Source: Opitutus sp. GAS368 (GTDB taxonomy: Bacteria > Verrucomicrobiota > Verrucomicrobiia > Opitutales > Opitutaceae). Taken from it: a stretch of DNA of 42,698 bases. The stretch is from NCBI GenBank assembly GCA_945862035.1, contig CAMAXB010000001.1, forward strand, positions 1 through 42,698. The letters are read 5' to 3'. Of the stretch, positions 1 through 8,776 are shown piece after piece; the first letter of the stretch is position 1; each line of letters begins with the position of its first letter. The notes beneath the pieces were generated by a model, which worked only from the letters and a program-made list of their open reading frames with translations, was not told the origin of the DNA and searched no databases. The position numbers and the translations under genes were made by a program.

Positions 1-60
1 TCGCTGACCCCGGTGTTTTGGGATTTCCACCCGGACCGGGGTCAGCGACCCCAACTACAC
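1..60. repeat. Palindromic repeat element, copy 1 (touches the window edge)
   Basis: TCGCTGACCCCGGT (1-14) is the perfect reverse complement of ACCGGGGTCAGCGA (35-48). The loop is 20 nt and the tail is CCCCAACTACAC. A second copy lies at 8407-8474. It sits just 3' of the minus-strand antiporter gene. Confidence 0.7.
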
Positions 61-85
61 CTTCATTTGAGATGCTCCTCGGCCC

Positions 86-1084
86 TCACTTCGGCCAGAG
101 AATCGCCACATAGGCCACGTAGCCCAGCATCAGAGCGCCGCCCTCGCGACGACCGATGCGATTTCCCGTCCAGGCGAAGACCAGCAGGAGGACCGAAACC
201 AGAATCATCACGGGATTGTCGAAACGCACAATCTGGGCGGGCACATCGGTCGGCGAGATCAGGGCCGTGACTCCACCGATCCCAAGCGTGTTATAGATGT
301 TCGAACCGAGCACATTGCCCAATGCCACATCGGAGTGCTTGCGGATAGCCGCCACCACGGAGGTGACCAATTCCGGCATGGAGGTCCCCACGGCAACAAT
401 CGTCAGCCCGATGACCGATTCGGATATCCCGAAGCCCCGGGCCAGCCGAATGGCGCCGTCGACCAGCAGGCCACCGCCGACCACGACCAAGGCCAAGCCC
501 GCGACGGCGATGCCCGCCGAGACGGCAATGTCCATTCGCGCCGACCGGGCGGGGGTCTTGCGGTGATGATCGACCACCTCATCGTGCGCTTCTGCCTTTT
601 CAAATGCTGCGGTGTGACCCTCGGTGGCGGTGGCTGGAACAACCTTTTCCTGTCGGTAGGCGTAAACGATGTAGGAGACGAGACCCGCGAGGAAGACGAT
701 CCCCACCAGCCGGTCGAGGACCCACACCCAAGAGACGGCTGCGAAGAGGATCGCAGACGCCAGCACGATGACCCCATCCCGCCGCAACGCCGACGGACCC
801 ACCTTGATCGGCGTGATAAGCGCCGAAAGGCCGAGAATGAAGAGGATGTTCGCGATGTTCGAGCCGACGATATTGCCCACCGCGATGCCCGGCGAGCCGG
901 CGATGGCCGCCTGCACACTCGTCACCAGTTCCGGCGTCGAGGTGCCGAAACCGACCAGCGTGAGGCCGATCAACAGCGGCGACATGCCGAAGCGCTCAGC
1001 AAGGCGCACCGCACCGCGCACAAGGAATTCACCGCCCGCAATGAGCAGAACCAGGCCACCGGCCAAAAGGAGGAACGTATCCAT
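86..1084 (-). CDS. Ca2+/Na+ antiporter, CaCA (YrbG-like) family
   Basis: 332-aa multi-TM ORF with two alpha-repeat motifs, GTSTPELVTSV and GTSMPELVTSV, typical of cation/Ca2+ exchangers. Confidence 0.9.
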   Translation of the reverse strand: MDTFLLLAGGLVLLIAGGEFLVRGAVRLAERFGMSPLLIGLTLVGFGTSTPELVTSVQAAIAGSPGIAVGNIVGSNIANILFILGLSALITPIKVGPSALRRDGVIVLASAILFAAVSWVWVLDRLVGIVFLAGLVSYIVYAYRQEKVVPATATEGHTAAFEKAEAHDEVVDHHRKTPARSARMDIAVSAGIAVAGLALVVVGGGLLVDGAIRLARGFGISESVIGLTIVAVGTSMPELVTSVVAAIRKHSDVALGNVLGSNIYNTLGIGGVTALISPTDVPAQIVRFDNPVMILVSVLLLVFAWTGNRIGRREGGALMLGYVAYVAILWPK

Positions 1085-1223
1085 GAAAATGAGCGCCGGA
1101 GTTTCTCCGGCGCCGTGGCAGGCGTATGCGTAGACCAGCCGAGCGCAAGCGCGGAGCGCCTCATTCCAAATTCACCGGAATTTTCGACTCGGATCAACGG
1201 ACCGGCCGGGATCGCACCGCAGC

Positions 1224-2486
1224 CTATTTCACCAGCGCTTGGTAGATCATGACCTTGAACTTCTGGTTCAGGTCCACCCCTGTGGCCGGCCGCAGCTGCG
1301 CCATGAAAATCGCGACCATACGCTCCTGCGGGTCGATCAGGTACTGTGGAAAGTAAGCGCTACCCCAGCCATAGGCGCCCTCGGAACTGAGTTCGCCAAA
1401 CTTCCCGAGATCCTCGGTCACCCAGAAGCCCAGGCCGAAGCCCTGGCGGCCGTTGTTGTGTTTCTCGCCGACGTGGTTGGCGCTCATGAGCGCCACCGTC
1501 TTCGGACTGAGCAGGCGGACACCGTCCAGCTCGCCTCCGTTGAGCAACATCTGCAGCAGGCGCGCGTAGTCGGTGACCGTCGCCATCAGGCCCGCGCCTC
1601 CGGAGAAGGCCTTGCGGGGACCGTTGATGTAATCGGAACGCTCCGAAGTCTCGTTGCGCACCAGCTGCCCGCGCTCGATTCCGTAGACCGGAGCGAGGCG
1701 CGCCTCCTTGCCGGGCGGCAGATAGAACGCGGTGTCCTTCATGCCGAGCGGGCCGGTGATGCGTTCGGCGATAAATCGATCGAGCGGCAGGCCGGACGCC
1801 ACCTCGACCAAGTACCCAAGCACGTCGGTGGAATAGCCGTACTGGTAGGCGTCACCCGGATGGCCGTGGAGCGGCAGCTTCGCCAAGCGGTTGATGAGCT
1901 CGCCGATGGTCTGGTCCTGATCAATGAGGTACCACCCGTGGAGCTTGGCCGCCTTGTAGTCATCCACGGCCAGCCCGTCGCCATAGGTCAGGCCGGCAGT
2001 GTGGGTCAGCAGGTCACGAATCTGGATCGGGCGCTTGGCCGGAACGGTCGAGTACTTCGTTCCCGCCGGCGAACCCGGTAAAGCGGGGATCGCGACGACC
2101 GGATTCTTGAAGGCGGGGATGTAATTCGCCACCGGATCGCTGAGCATGAACTTGCCCTCTTCGTAGAGCATCATAACCGCCACGGTCGTCACGGCCTTGC
2201 TCATCGAGGCGATGCGAAAAATGGCGTCGGTCGGCATGGCCTTGCCGGCCTCGATGTCCTGGTGCCCGTAGGCCTTGAGATGGGCGACCTGGCCATCGCG
2301 GGCCACGTAGACGATGCCGCCCGCCAGCTGCTGGCGCGCGATGTAGTCGTTCACGACCGCATCGAGGCGGCCGAGACGGGCGGGGTCAAAGCCGAGCGCG
2401 GCGGGCGATTGGGCGTGGGCGGGGATGGCCGCGATCACCGCGGCAAGGGTCACAAGGGAGGCAAACCGGCGAAGGAGGAAGGTCAT
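1224..2486 (-). CDS. Serine hydrolase, beta-lactamase (class C-like / esterase) family, secreted
   Basis: SxxK motif in FRIASMSKAVT. I chose the ATG at 2486, which gives the signal peptide MTFLLRRFASLVTLAAVIAAIPAHA. The ORF runs on to 2642, but the extra 52 codons look non-coding. Confidence 0.85.
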   Translation of the reverse strand: MTFLLRRFASLVTLAAVIAAIPAHAQSPAALGFDPARLGRLDAVVNDYIARQQLAGGIVYVARDGQVAHLKAYGHQDIEAGKAMPTDAIFRIASMSKAVTTVAVMMLYEEGKFMLSDPVANYIPAFKNPVVAIPALPGSPAGTKYSTVPAKRPIQIRDLLTHTAGLTYGDGLAVDDYKAAKLHGWYLIDQDQTIGELINRLAKLPLHGHPGDAYQYGYSTDVLGYLVEVASGLPLDRFIAERITGPLGMKDTAFYLPPGKEARLAPVYGIERGQLVRNETSERSDYINGPRKAFSGGAGLMATVTDYARLLQMLLNGGELDGVRLLSPKTVALMSANHVGEKHNNGRQGFGLGFWVTEDLGKFGELSSEGAYGWGSAYFPQYLIDPQERMVAIFMAQLRPATGVDLNQKFKVMIYQALVK

Positions 2487-2710
2487 GAGGGGTAGAGAGC
2501 AAGGGTGGCAAAACTTGCCTGCCGGGACAAACGCAAATCCTGCGGCCGGCGGGGAAAGCGAAGGACCCCAATCAGGAGATCGGCGGATCACGCTACGGGA
2601 GAACCCCTCGTGGCCCTTGCCATGGGCGAGCTCTGCGGCCACCCTCCCGTTCGGGTCAGCCCCTCGGTTTTGGCGGAACCCCGGCCATTGCCCGACGTCC
2701 CACTTCGCTG

Positions 2711-3316
2711 ATGAACTTCCCCAATCCTGCAGCGGTGCTTCGCCGTACTCTCGGCATCGCCGCTCTGCTGGTGCTCGTCACCGCCGGCCACGCAGCGGGT
2801 CTGCGTTACACCGACGGACTTGCTCCCGAAGCCCAAATCGCGGCCGGACTCCGGCGCGTCAGCCCCGCCCAGCTCAGCGCCCTGAATGAACAAATCGGGC
2901 GCGAACTCGCTCTGGCGCGCGCCGGGGATGTGCGGGGCTTTGCCGGCACGTTTTCTGGCCGGCGCACGGCCGCCGAGCGGGCCGCCGCCGGACTCGACCT
3001 GCTGACGGATACCGAGCGCGGGCGGATCGACGCCCTCGTGGTGACCCTACTGGCCAGTCCCCCCGCCACGTTCTGGCCCAGCCAGGCGGCGTCGCCCCGC
3101 GACCGCGGGCTCGAGCCCGTCAGCGAACGCCCCCGGATCCACGGATCGGTGACGGCGATGTATGGCTGGGGTAGCGGCGGCTCCTCCACTTACGGCGGTT
3201 CGCTCTCCACTCACTTTTACGATCCCGTCCGCAAGTTTTCCGCCGCCGTGGAAATCTCCGACTACCGCACCGACCACGGCAATCTGCCGCGCTATCTCAC
3301 CCGCGAGAGGAGATAG
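2711..3316 (+). CDS. Hypothetical secreted protein
   Basis: 201-aa ORF with an N-terminal hydrophobic signal-like segment (LGIAALLVLVTAGHAAG). I recognise no family. Confidence 0.55.
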   Translation: MNFPNPAAVLRRTLGIAALLVLVTAGHAAGLRYTDGLAPEAQIAAGLRRVSPAQLSALNEQIGRELALARAGDVRGFAGTFSGRRTAAERAAAGLDLLTDTERGRIDALVVTLLASPPATFWPSQAASPRDRGLEPVSERPRIHGSVTAMYGWGSGGSSTYGGSLSTHFYDPVRKFSAAVEISDYRTDHGNLPRYLTRERR

Positions 3317-3350
3317 GGCAAATTCCAACCCATTCAATCCATCAATCCGT

Positions 3351-3435
3351 TTACCACGGATGAACACCGATCAACACAGATAACGACCCTGCTAATCGGA
3401 TCGAATCGGTGACCATCGGTGGGCATCCGTGGTAA
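3351..3435. repeat. Intergenic hairpin, CACGGATGAACAC flavour
   Basis: TTACCACGGATGAACACCGATC (3351-3372) pairs with CATCGGTGGGCATCCGTGGTAA (3414-3435) at 19 of 22 positions, with a ~41-nt loop. It lies 3' of the 2711-3316 gene. Confidence 0.7.
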
Positions 3436-3525
3436 AAATGCCTTTCTCCGGTCGCAACCGATCATGTTGATCCAGCCGGTTGGCCGCTCGGCGCTTGCCA
3501 GTCGCGGCCGTTCGCGTGCTATGGC

Positions 3526-3957
3526 GTGATGAAACCGCTCCTACTGCTGGCTCTGGTGGCCGCCCTGTTCACGTCCGGCTGTGCCTCCTACCAGACCCAG
3601 GTCGATCGCAGCCAGCCGGCGGCGAATCACCGGCGGTACTTCGTTCAAGCCAATCTCAATGACAACCACGCGGTGGCGCAGCTGATCGCGTCAACCCTTC
3701 GCGCCCGCGGGCTCACCGCGGAAAGCGGACCGCTGACGATGATGCCGCCCGACACCGAAGTCGTCGTGACCTATCAGGACCGTTGGAACTGGGACTTTGG
3801 GCAGCACATGGTGTACCTCCGCATTGCGCTCCGCGACACCGCGACCAACGCGCCCGTGGCCAGCGCGGTGTTCAACGGTCCGGTCGCCATCAACAAGGAT
3901 CCGCCCGAAGTCGTCGCCCGCCTGCTCCGTGATCTGCTCGACCGCAACAGCCCCTGA
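3526..3957 (+). CDS. Hypothetical lipoprotein
   Basis: Signal peptide plus lipobox: MMKPLLLLALVAALFTSGC. 143 aa. Confidence 0.65.
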   Translation: MMKPLLLLALVAALFTSGCASYQTQVDRSQPAANHRRYFVQANLNDNHAVAQLIASTLRARGLTAESGPLTMMPPDTEVVVTYQDRWNWDFGQHMVYLRIALRDTATNAPVASAVFNGPVAINKDPPEVVARLLRDLLDRNSP

Positions 3958-3963
3958 AATCGC

Positions 3964-5145
3964 GTGAATCTTCCGGCGATTGCCTCACTGATCGCCGCAG
4001 GCCCAGCCCTGCGGCGGCAATTGATCGATTGGGCCGGGATCAACTCCGGTTCCGATCATCCGGCCGGGCTTGCCCGCATGGCCGAGGTCCTGGGCGATGC
4101 CTGTCGTGAGCTGACCCCGGAAGTTGCGCTCGAACCGCTCGACGCCGCCGGGCGGGTCGCGGTCCGCGCTCGCCTTCGGTCCACGGCCCCGATCCAGATC
4201 CTCTGCAGCGGACACTTCGACACGGTCTACGGCGCCACGCACCCCTTCCAAGGTACAACCGTGATTGACGGCGATCGGCTGAATGGCCCCGGAGTCGCAG
4301 ACATGAAAGGCGGTCTGGTGGTCATGCTCGCCGCCCTGGCCGCCTTCGAGCAAACGCCGGCGGCGGGCCAGCTGGGCTGGGAAATCCTGCTGACGCCGGA
4401 TGAGGAGACGGGCTCGCAAGCCTCACGTTCACTGATCGAATCGGCCGCTCCCCGTTTCGACGCGGCCCTGGTTTTAGAGCCCGCACGGGAAAACGGAGAT
4501 CTTGTGCGCTCGCGCAAGGGTACGGGGACCTATACGCTGACTTGTCACGGGCGCGAGGCCCACGCCGGACGCAATCCACAGGAAGGCCGCAATGCGATCG
4601 TCGCACTGGCCGCCATTCTGCTCGGCCTCCACCGCCTGCCGGACGAGGTGCCCGACCTGATGCTCAACATCGGTTCAATCCAAGGCGGAGGCGCCGTCAA
4701 CATCGTGCCCGCGCTCGCTTCCGCCGAGATCAATGTCCGGATTGGACGCACGGAGACCGCCACCGTCTTCCATGACCGCCTGCAGGCCCTGCTCGCCCCA
4801 TTCGAGGCGCAGGAAGGCTACCGCTTTGAGGTCGGGGGCGGCTTCAATCGCCTACCCATGGAGGCCGGCGAGGTCACAACGCGTCTGTTCGAGGTTTGGC
4901 AGGGATGCGCGCGGGATTTGGGCGAGCGCCCGTTCTCATGGGTGCATGTCGGTGGCGGTTCCGATGGTAATCTGCTGTCCGCGGCAGGCCTGCCCTGCAT
5001 CGACGGCGTCGGCGTCGTCGGGGGCGAACTCCACAGCGCACGCGAATGGATGGACCTCTCCAGCCTCACCGGCCGAGCCCGCATCGCCGCCCTCGCCCTG
5101 CACCGGATCGCCTCCGGCGAGATCGTCTTCCCGCAGCGGCGCTAA
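3964..5145 (+). CDS. M20/M25/M40 family metallopeptidase (carboxypeptidase G2-like)
   Basis: GTG start. Motifs HFDTVYG, GPGVADMKGG and LLTPDEETGS match the M20 metal-ligand regions. Confidence 0.85.
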   Translation: MNLPAIASLIAAGPALRRQLIDWAGINSGSDHPAGLARMAEVLGDACRELTPEVALEPLDAAGRVAVRARLRSTAPIQILCSGHFDTVYGATHPFQGTTVIDGDRLNGPGVADMKGGLVVMLAALAAFEQTPAAGQLGWEILLTPDEETGSQASRSLIESAAPRFDAALVLEPARENGDLVRSRKGTGTYTLTCHGREAHAGRNPQEGRNAIVALAAILLGLHRLPDEVPDLMLNIGSIQGGGAVNIVPALASAEINVRIGRTETATVFHDRLQALLAPFEAQEGYRFEVGGGFNRLPMEAGEVTTRLFEVWQGCARDLGERPFSWVHVGGGSDGNLLSAAGLPCIDGVGVVGGELHSAREWMDLSSLTGRARIAALALHRIASGEIVFPQRR

Positions 5146-5253
5146 GATCGATCCGATCCGGAAGTCGCGCAGAGACGCAGAGCCGCGGAGAAGACGACCC
5201 GAAAAGCCGAGCGCGTTTTCGATCTGCGCTGCGGCCCGACGCCTCCGCGCGAG
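5146..5253. repeat. Convergent-gene spacer: GATC triplet, periodic purine-rich arm and small inner hairpin
   Basis: GATCGATCCGATC lies at 5146-5158. The units GCGCAGAG/ACGCAGAG/CCGCGGAG lie at 5167-5190. An inner stem CGAAAA (5200-5205) pairs with TTTTCG (5216-5221). An imperfect partner arm CTGCGCTGCGGCCCGACGCCTCCGCGCGAG lies at 5224-5253. Confidence 0.5.
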
Positions 5254-5271
5254 TTCCTTGCTCGCGGCCGC

Positions 5272-5931
5272 TTACACGGACCGCACGAGCGTGCCGTACA
5301 CGGCGAAGTAGTGGCAGGCGCTTCCGCCGAGCACGAAGAGGTGCCAGACGGCATGGTGGTACGGCAGGCTGCGCCACAGGTAGAACACCGTGCCCCCGGT
5401 GTAGCACAAGCCACCGGCGAGCAGCAGCCAGAGTTGCGGCGGGGCGACCGCGGCCAGCATCGGCCGGGTGGCCACGACGACGAGCCAGCCCATGGCAAGG
5501 TAGAGGAGCGTCGAGACGATCGTGAAGCGGCCCGCAAACCAGAACTTCAGCACGATGCCCGCCACCGCCAGCCCCCAGATGATGCCGAAGAGGCTCCAGC
5601 CCCATGTTCCCCGCAGGCTCACCAGCAGGAAGGGCGTGTACGTCCCCGCAATCAGGAGGAAAATCGCCGCATGATCGAACTTACGCAGCAGACGCTTCGC
5701 CTCCGGCTCGCGAAAAGCATGATAGAGGGTAGACGCCGTATAGAGCAGCACCAGCGAGGTCCCGAACACGCAGGCTGCCACCACATCCCAAATGTCGCCG
5801 CGACGGGCGGACAGGGTCACCAATACCGCCATCCCCACCAAGCCCAGCAGCACGCCCGCAGCATGCGTAAGGCAGTTCGCCCGCTCCTCCGCCTCAGTGT
5901 ACACCGAAGGTGTGCTGGCAGGGCCGTTCAT
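5272..5931 (-). CDS. Hemolysin III / PAQR family membrane protein
   Basis: 7-TM profile, an N-terminal ANCLTHAAG motif and a C-terminal YHHAVWHLFVLGGSACHYF motif. I chose the ATG at 5931 (219 aa, typical length). The ORF extends to 6099. Confidence 0.85.
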   Translation of the reverse strand: MNGPASTPSVYTEAEERANCLTHAAGVLLGLVGMAVLVTLSARRGDIWDVVAACVFGTSLVLLYTASTLYHAFREPEAKRLLRKFDHAAIFLLIAGTYTPFLLVSLRGTWGWSLFGIIWGLAVAGIVLKFWFAGRFTIVSTLLYLAMGWLVVVATRPMLAAVAPPQLWLLLAGGLCYTGGTVFYLWRSLPYHHAVWHLFVLGGSACHYFAVYGTLVRSV

Positions 5932-6089
5932 GCGCCCAGCGTCAGACTCGAGCCCGAACTTGGCAACGGACTTTTCATGCGGTGCCGCGGGCCGGCCGTA
6001 ACCGTGCGAGGCTACGCAAATCCATCCACGCCTCGCGATTGCCAAATTCCCAGCCGGTCGCTTATCCTCCCCGCCTCCACCCGCCTCCC

Positions 6090-8303
6090 ATGATTCCATC
6101 CCCTGGACCCGCTCACGTTTGGAAATTCTACTGCATGGGTGGGCTCGACCAAGTTTCGCTGGAATCCGGCGCTGATCTGCTCGCGCTCGATCAGCTCGAC
6201 CAGAAGCTCTGGGTCGCCCTGAGCTGCCCGGTCAAGGGCCTCGAACTCGACGAGAGGACGCTCAGCCTGATCGACGGGGACAATGACGGTCGCATCCGCG
6301 TGCCGGAGCTGATCGAGGCGATCAAGTGGGCGGCGAAGCGCCTGAAGGACGCCGGCGAATTGCTTCGTGCATCCCCCGCCCTCCCGCTCGCGGCGATCGA
6401 CGACTCCACGCCAGAGGGCAAGATCCTGCTCGCCTCGGCCCGTCAGATCCTCGCCAACTTGGGCAAGCGGGACGCCACCGTCATCTCCGCGGACGACAGC
6501 GGCAACACCGCCAAGATTTTTTCCTCCAGCCCGCTCAATGGCGACGGCGTCATCCCGCCCGAGGCCACCGAGGACCCGGCGGCCCAGGCACTCATCAAGG
6601 ACATCATGGCCTGCCTCGGTGGCGTGCAGGATCGCACGGGGTCCGAGGGCGTGACGGCAGACAAGATTGCTGCCTTCTTTGACCAGCTCGCCGCCTACTC
6701 GGCCTGGGTCGGACTGAGTGCCTCCAAGGATATTGCGGTACTGGGGGAGGCCACCGATAAGGCTGTCGCCGCGCTGCGCGCCGTGCGGAGCAAGGTCGAG
6801 GACTACTTTGGCCGCTGCCGCCTCGCCGCCTTCGACGCCCGCGCCACCGCCGCCCTCAACCGGGCCGAGGGCGAGTACCTCGGCATCGCGGCCAAGGACA
6901 TGAAGATCACTGCCGACGAGGTTGCGGGTTTCCCGCTCTCGCGGATCGAGGCCGGCCGCGCGCTACCCCTGGTCGATAACGTCAATCCGGCCTGGGCCGC
7001 CGCGCTCGCGGCGTTGCACCAGACGGCGGTTGCTCCCGTGCTCGGAGCGGACAAGACCAGCTTGACCGAGGCTGATTGGATCGCACTTAACGCCAAGTTC
7101 GCCGCCTACGAAACCTGGCTCGGCGGCAAGGCCGGCAGCGCGGTCGAGAAGCTCGGCCTTCCGCGGGTGAAGGAAATCCTCGCCAGCCCAGCCCGCGAGG
7201 TCCTCGCCGGCCTGGTGGACAAGGACAAGGAGCTTGAGCCCGAGTTCAAGGCGATCTCGGACGTGGACCGCCTCACGCACTACCACCGGGACATGAGCAC
7301 GCTGCTCAATAACTTCGTCAATTTTTCCGACTTTTACTCGCCCGATCGTCCCGCGGTGTTCCAGGCCGGCACGCTCTTCCTCGACAGCCGCAGCACCGAA
7401 TTCTGCATCCAGGTCGCCGCACCCAGCCCGCTGGCCGCGATGAGCAAGGCCTACATCGCCTACTGCGACTGCAAGCGCTCGGGCGGGGAGACGATGAAGA
7501 TCGCCGCCTGCTTCACGCAGGGTGACAGCGATTACCTCTTCGTCGGACGCAATGGTGTGTTTTACGACCGCAAGGGCCGCGATTGGGATGCGACGATCAC
7601 GAGCATCGCCGACAACCCGATCAGCATCCGCCAAGCTTTCTGGTCGCCGTACAAGAAATTCATCCGCTTGATCGAGGATCAGATCGCGAAGCGCGCTGCC
7701 GCCGCCGAGGCCGACTCGAGCGCCAAGCTCGCCTCCGCCGCCGAGAAGACGGCCACCATGAACAAGGCCGCCCAGCCCGCCGAGCCCAGGAAGATCGATA
7801 TTGGCACCGTCGCCGCGATGGGTGTGGCGGTCGGCGCCATCGGTGGCGCCCTCGGGGCAATCGCCACGGGCCTCGCCCAACTGAACCCGATGCAGATCCC
7901 GCTGGTGCCGCTCGGCCTCATCACCGTCATTTCAGGTCCCTCGATGCTCATCGCTTGGCTCAAGCTGCGTCAGCGCAATCTAGGTCCAATCCTCGAGGCC
8001 AATGGCTGGGCCATCAACGGCCGCGTGAAGATCAACATCCCGCTCGGCACCAAGCTGACCGAAATGGCCGTCCTGCCCGCGAATGCCCGCCGCTCGCTCG
8101 AGGATCCGTACGAGGACAAGGCGGCGGCCGCCAAACGCCGGCAGATGATTCTTCTGGCCGTCCTCGTGCTGGCCGCCGTCGGCATCCGCTGGGACCACAA
8201 TCGCCACGGTCACTATTTCTGGCAGCCCGCTCCGGTTCCGGCTCCGATCGCGGTGGAAGCGCCTGCCGCTCCAGCGCCCGCGCCGGTCGAGGCCGCCAAG
8301 TAG
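6090..8303 (+). CDS. Large uncharacterised protein with an EF-hand-like loop and C-terminal TM / glycine-zipper segments
   Basis: 737 aa from the ATG at 6090. It has the canonical 12-residue loop DGDNDGRIRVPE and the glycine zipper GVAVGAIGGALGAIATG. Two further hydrophobic helices and a Pro/Ala-rich tail follow. An alternative start is at 6135. Confidence 0.75.
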   Translation: MIPSPGPAHVWKFYCMGGLDQVSLESGADLLALDQLDQKLWVALSCPVKGLELDERTLSLIDGDNDGRIRVPELIEAIKWAAKRLKDAGELLRASPALPLAAIDDSTPEGKILLASARQILANLGKRDATVISADDSGNTAKIFSSSPLNGDGVIPPEATEDPAAQALIKDIMACLGGVQDRTGSEGVTADKIAAFFDQLAAYSAWVGLSASKDIAVLGEATDKAVAALRAVRSKVEDYFGRCRLAAFDARATAALNRAEGEYLGIAAKDMKITADEVAGFPLSRIEAGRALPLVDNVNPAWAAALAALHQTAVAPVLGADKTSLTEADWIALNAKFAAYETWLGGKAGSAVEKLGLPRVKEILASPAREVLAGLVDKDKELEPEFKAISDVDRLTHYHRDMSTLLNNFVNFSDFYSPDRPAVFQAGTLFLDSRSTEFCIQVAAPSPLAAMSKAYIAYCDCKRSGGETMKIAACFTQGDSDYLFVGRNGVFYDRKGRDWDATITSIADNPISIRQAFWSPYKKFIRLIEDQIAKRAAAAEADSSAKLASAAEKTATMNKAAQPAEPRKIDIGTVAAMGVAVGAIGGALGAIATGLAQLNPMQIPLVPLGLITVISGPSMLIAWLKLRQRNLGPILEANGWAINGRVKINIPLGTKLTEMAVLPANARRSLEDPYEDKAAAAKRRQMILLAVLVLAAVGIRWDHNRHGHYFWQPAPVPAPIAVEAPAAPAPAPVEAAK

Positions 8304-8321
8304 GCGCGAACTCGTCGTGGG

Positions 8322-8370
8322 CCCGCGGAACACGCGGAGTACGCGGAATCGATCGGGAAACGATGGAGCG
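8322..8370 (+). repeat. Periodic purine-rich arm (CGCGGA units)
   Basis: CCCGCGGAACACGCGGAGTACGCGGAATCGATCGGGAAACGATGGAGCG has CGCGGA repeated with 8-9-nt spacing. The only partner is weak (TTCCGCGCG at 8430-8438). Confidence 0.45.
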
Positions 8371-8406
8371 TGCTGCCCTCAACGCGCTGGCTTGGTGGAA
8401 CTGGCC

Positions 8407-8474
8407 TCGCTGAGGCCGGTGCCTTAGCTTTCCGCGCGAGTCTTTCGGACCGGGGTCAGCGACCCCAGCCACAC
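8407..8474. repeat. Palindromic repeat element, copy 2
   Basis: TCGCTGAGGCCGGT (8407-8420) pairs with ACCGGGGTCAGCGA (8449-8462) at 12 of 14 positions. The tail CCCCAGCCACAC resembles the copy-1 tail CCCCAACTACAC. Confidence 0.7.
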
Positions 8475-8610
8475 GAGAGCAGGTCGAACCCGCGGCCATG
8501 AATCGTTGCCCCAACGGGAACGACCGGGCGCGGCGCCAAGTCGGCGATCTGGAGAGCGGTGTCCGGGAACGCATCGGAACCGCGCTCGGTCAGGTCGACT
8601 GGATCGTAGC

Positions 8611-8700
8611 TGTGTGAATCTGTGTTCATGGGTGGATAACGGATTGGCGGATCAAATCCCTTCGCGTCATTTCGCGCCCTTCGCGGTTATCTGATTGGTC
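8611..8700. repeat. Repeat-rich spacer: reverse-oriented CACGGATGAACAC-type arm plus three TTCGCG units
   Basis: TGTGTGAATCTGTGTTCATGGGTGG is the reverse complement of CCACCCATGAACACAGATTCACACA, which resembles the arm at 3351. TTCGCG recurs at 8661, 8671 and 8681. Confidence 0.45.
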
Positions 8701-8776
8701 GATCGTCTCGCCATCGTCGCGCTTACCCGGATCGCTTGCGTTTTACCTCATCTGGGACTGCTTAAGTCCATCTTTC

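Noticed and set aside
86-8303. A possible functional link between the Ca2+/Na+ antiporter and the EF-hand protein as a Ca2+ system.
   Set aside because: They are ~5 kb apart and separated by five apparently unrelated genes in mixed orientations. Co-localisation at this distance is not evidence.
8456-8629. 57-aa minus-strand ORF (MNTDSHSYDPVDL...).
   Set aside because: It starts inside a CACGGATGAACAC-type repeat arm and stops inside the TCGCTGACCCCGGT palindrome, so it is most likely a by-product of repeat sequences.
8631-8639. DnaA-box-like sequence (reverse complement TTATCCACC, one mismatch to TTATCCACA).
   Set aside because: It is a single isolated near-match inside a repeat arm. There is no cluster of boxes, AT-rich unwinding element or dnaA/dnaN nearby, so there is no evidence for an origin.
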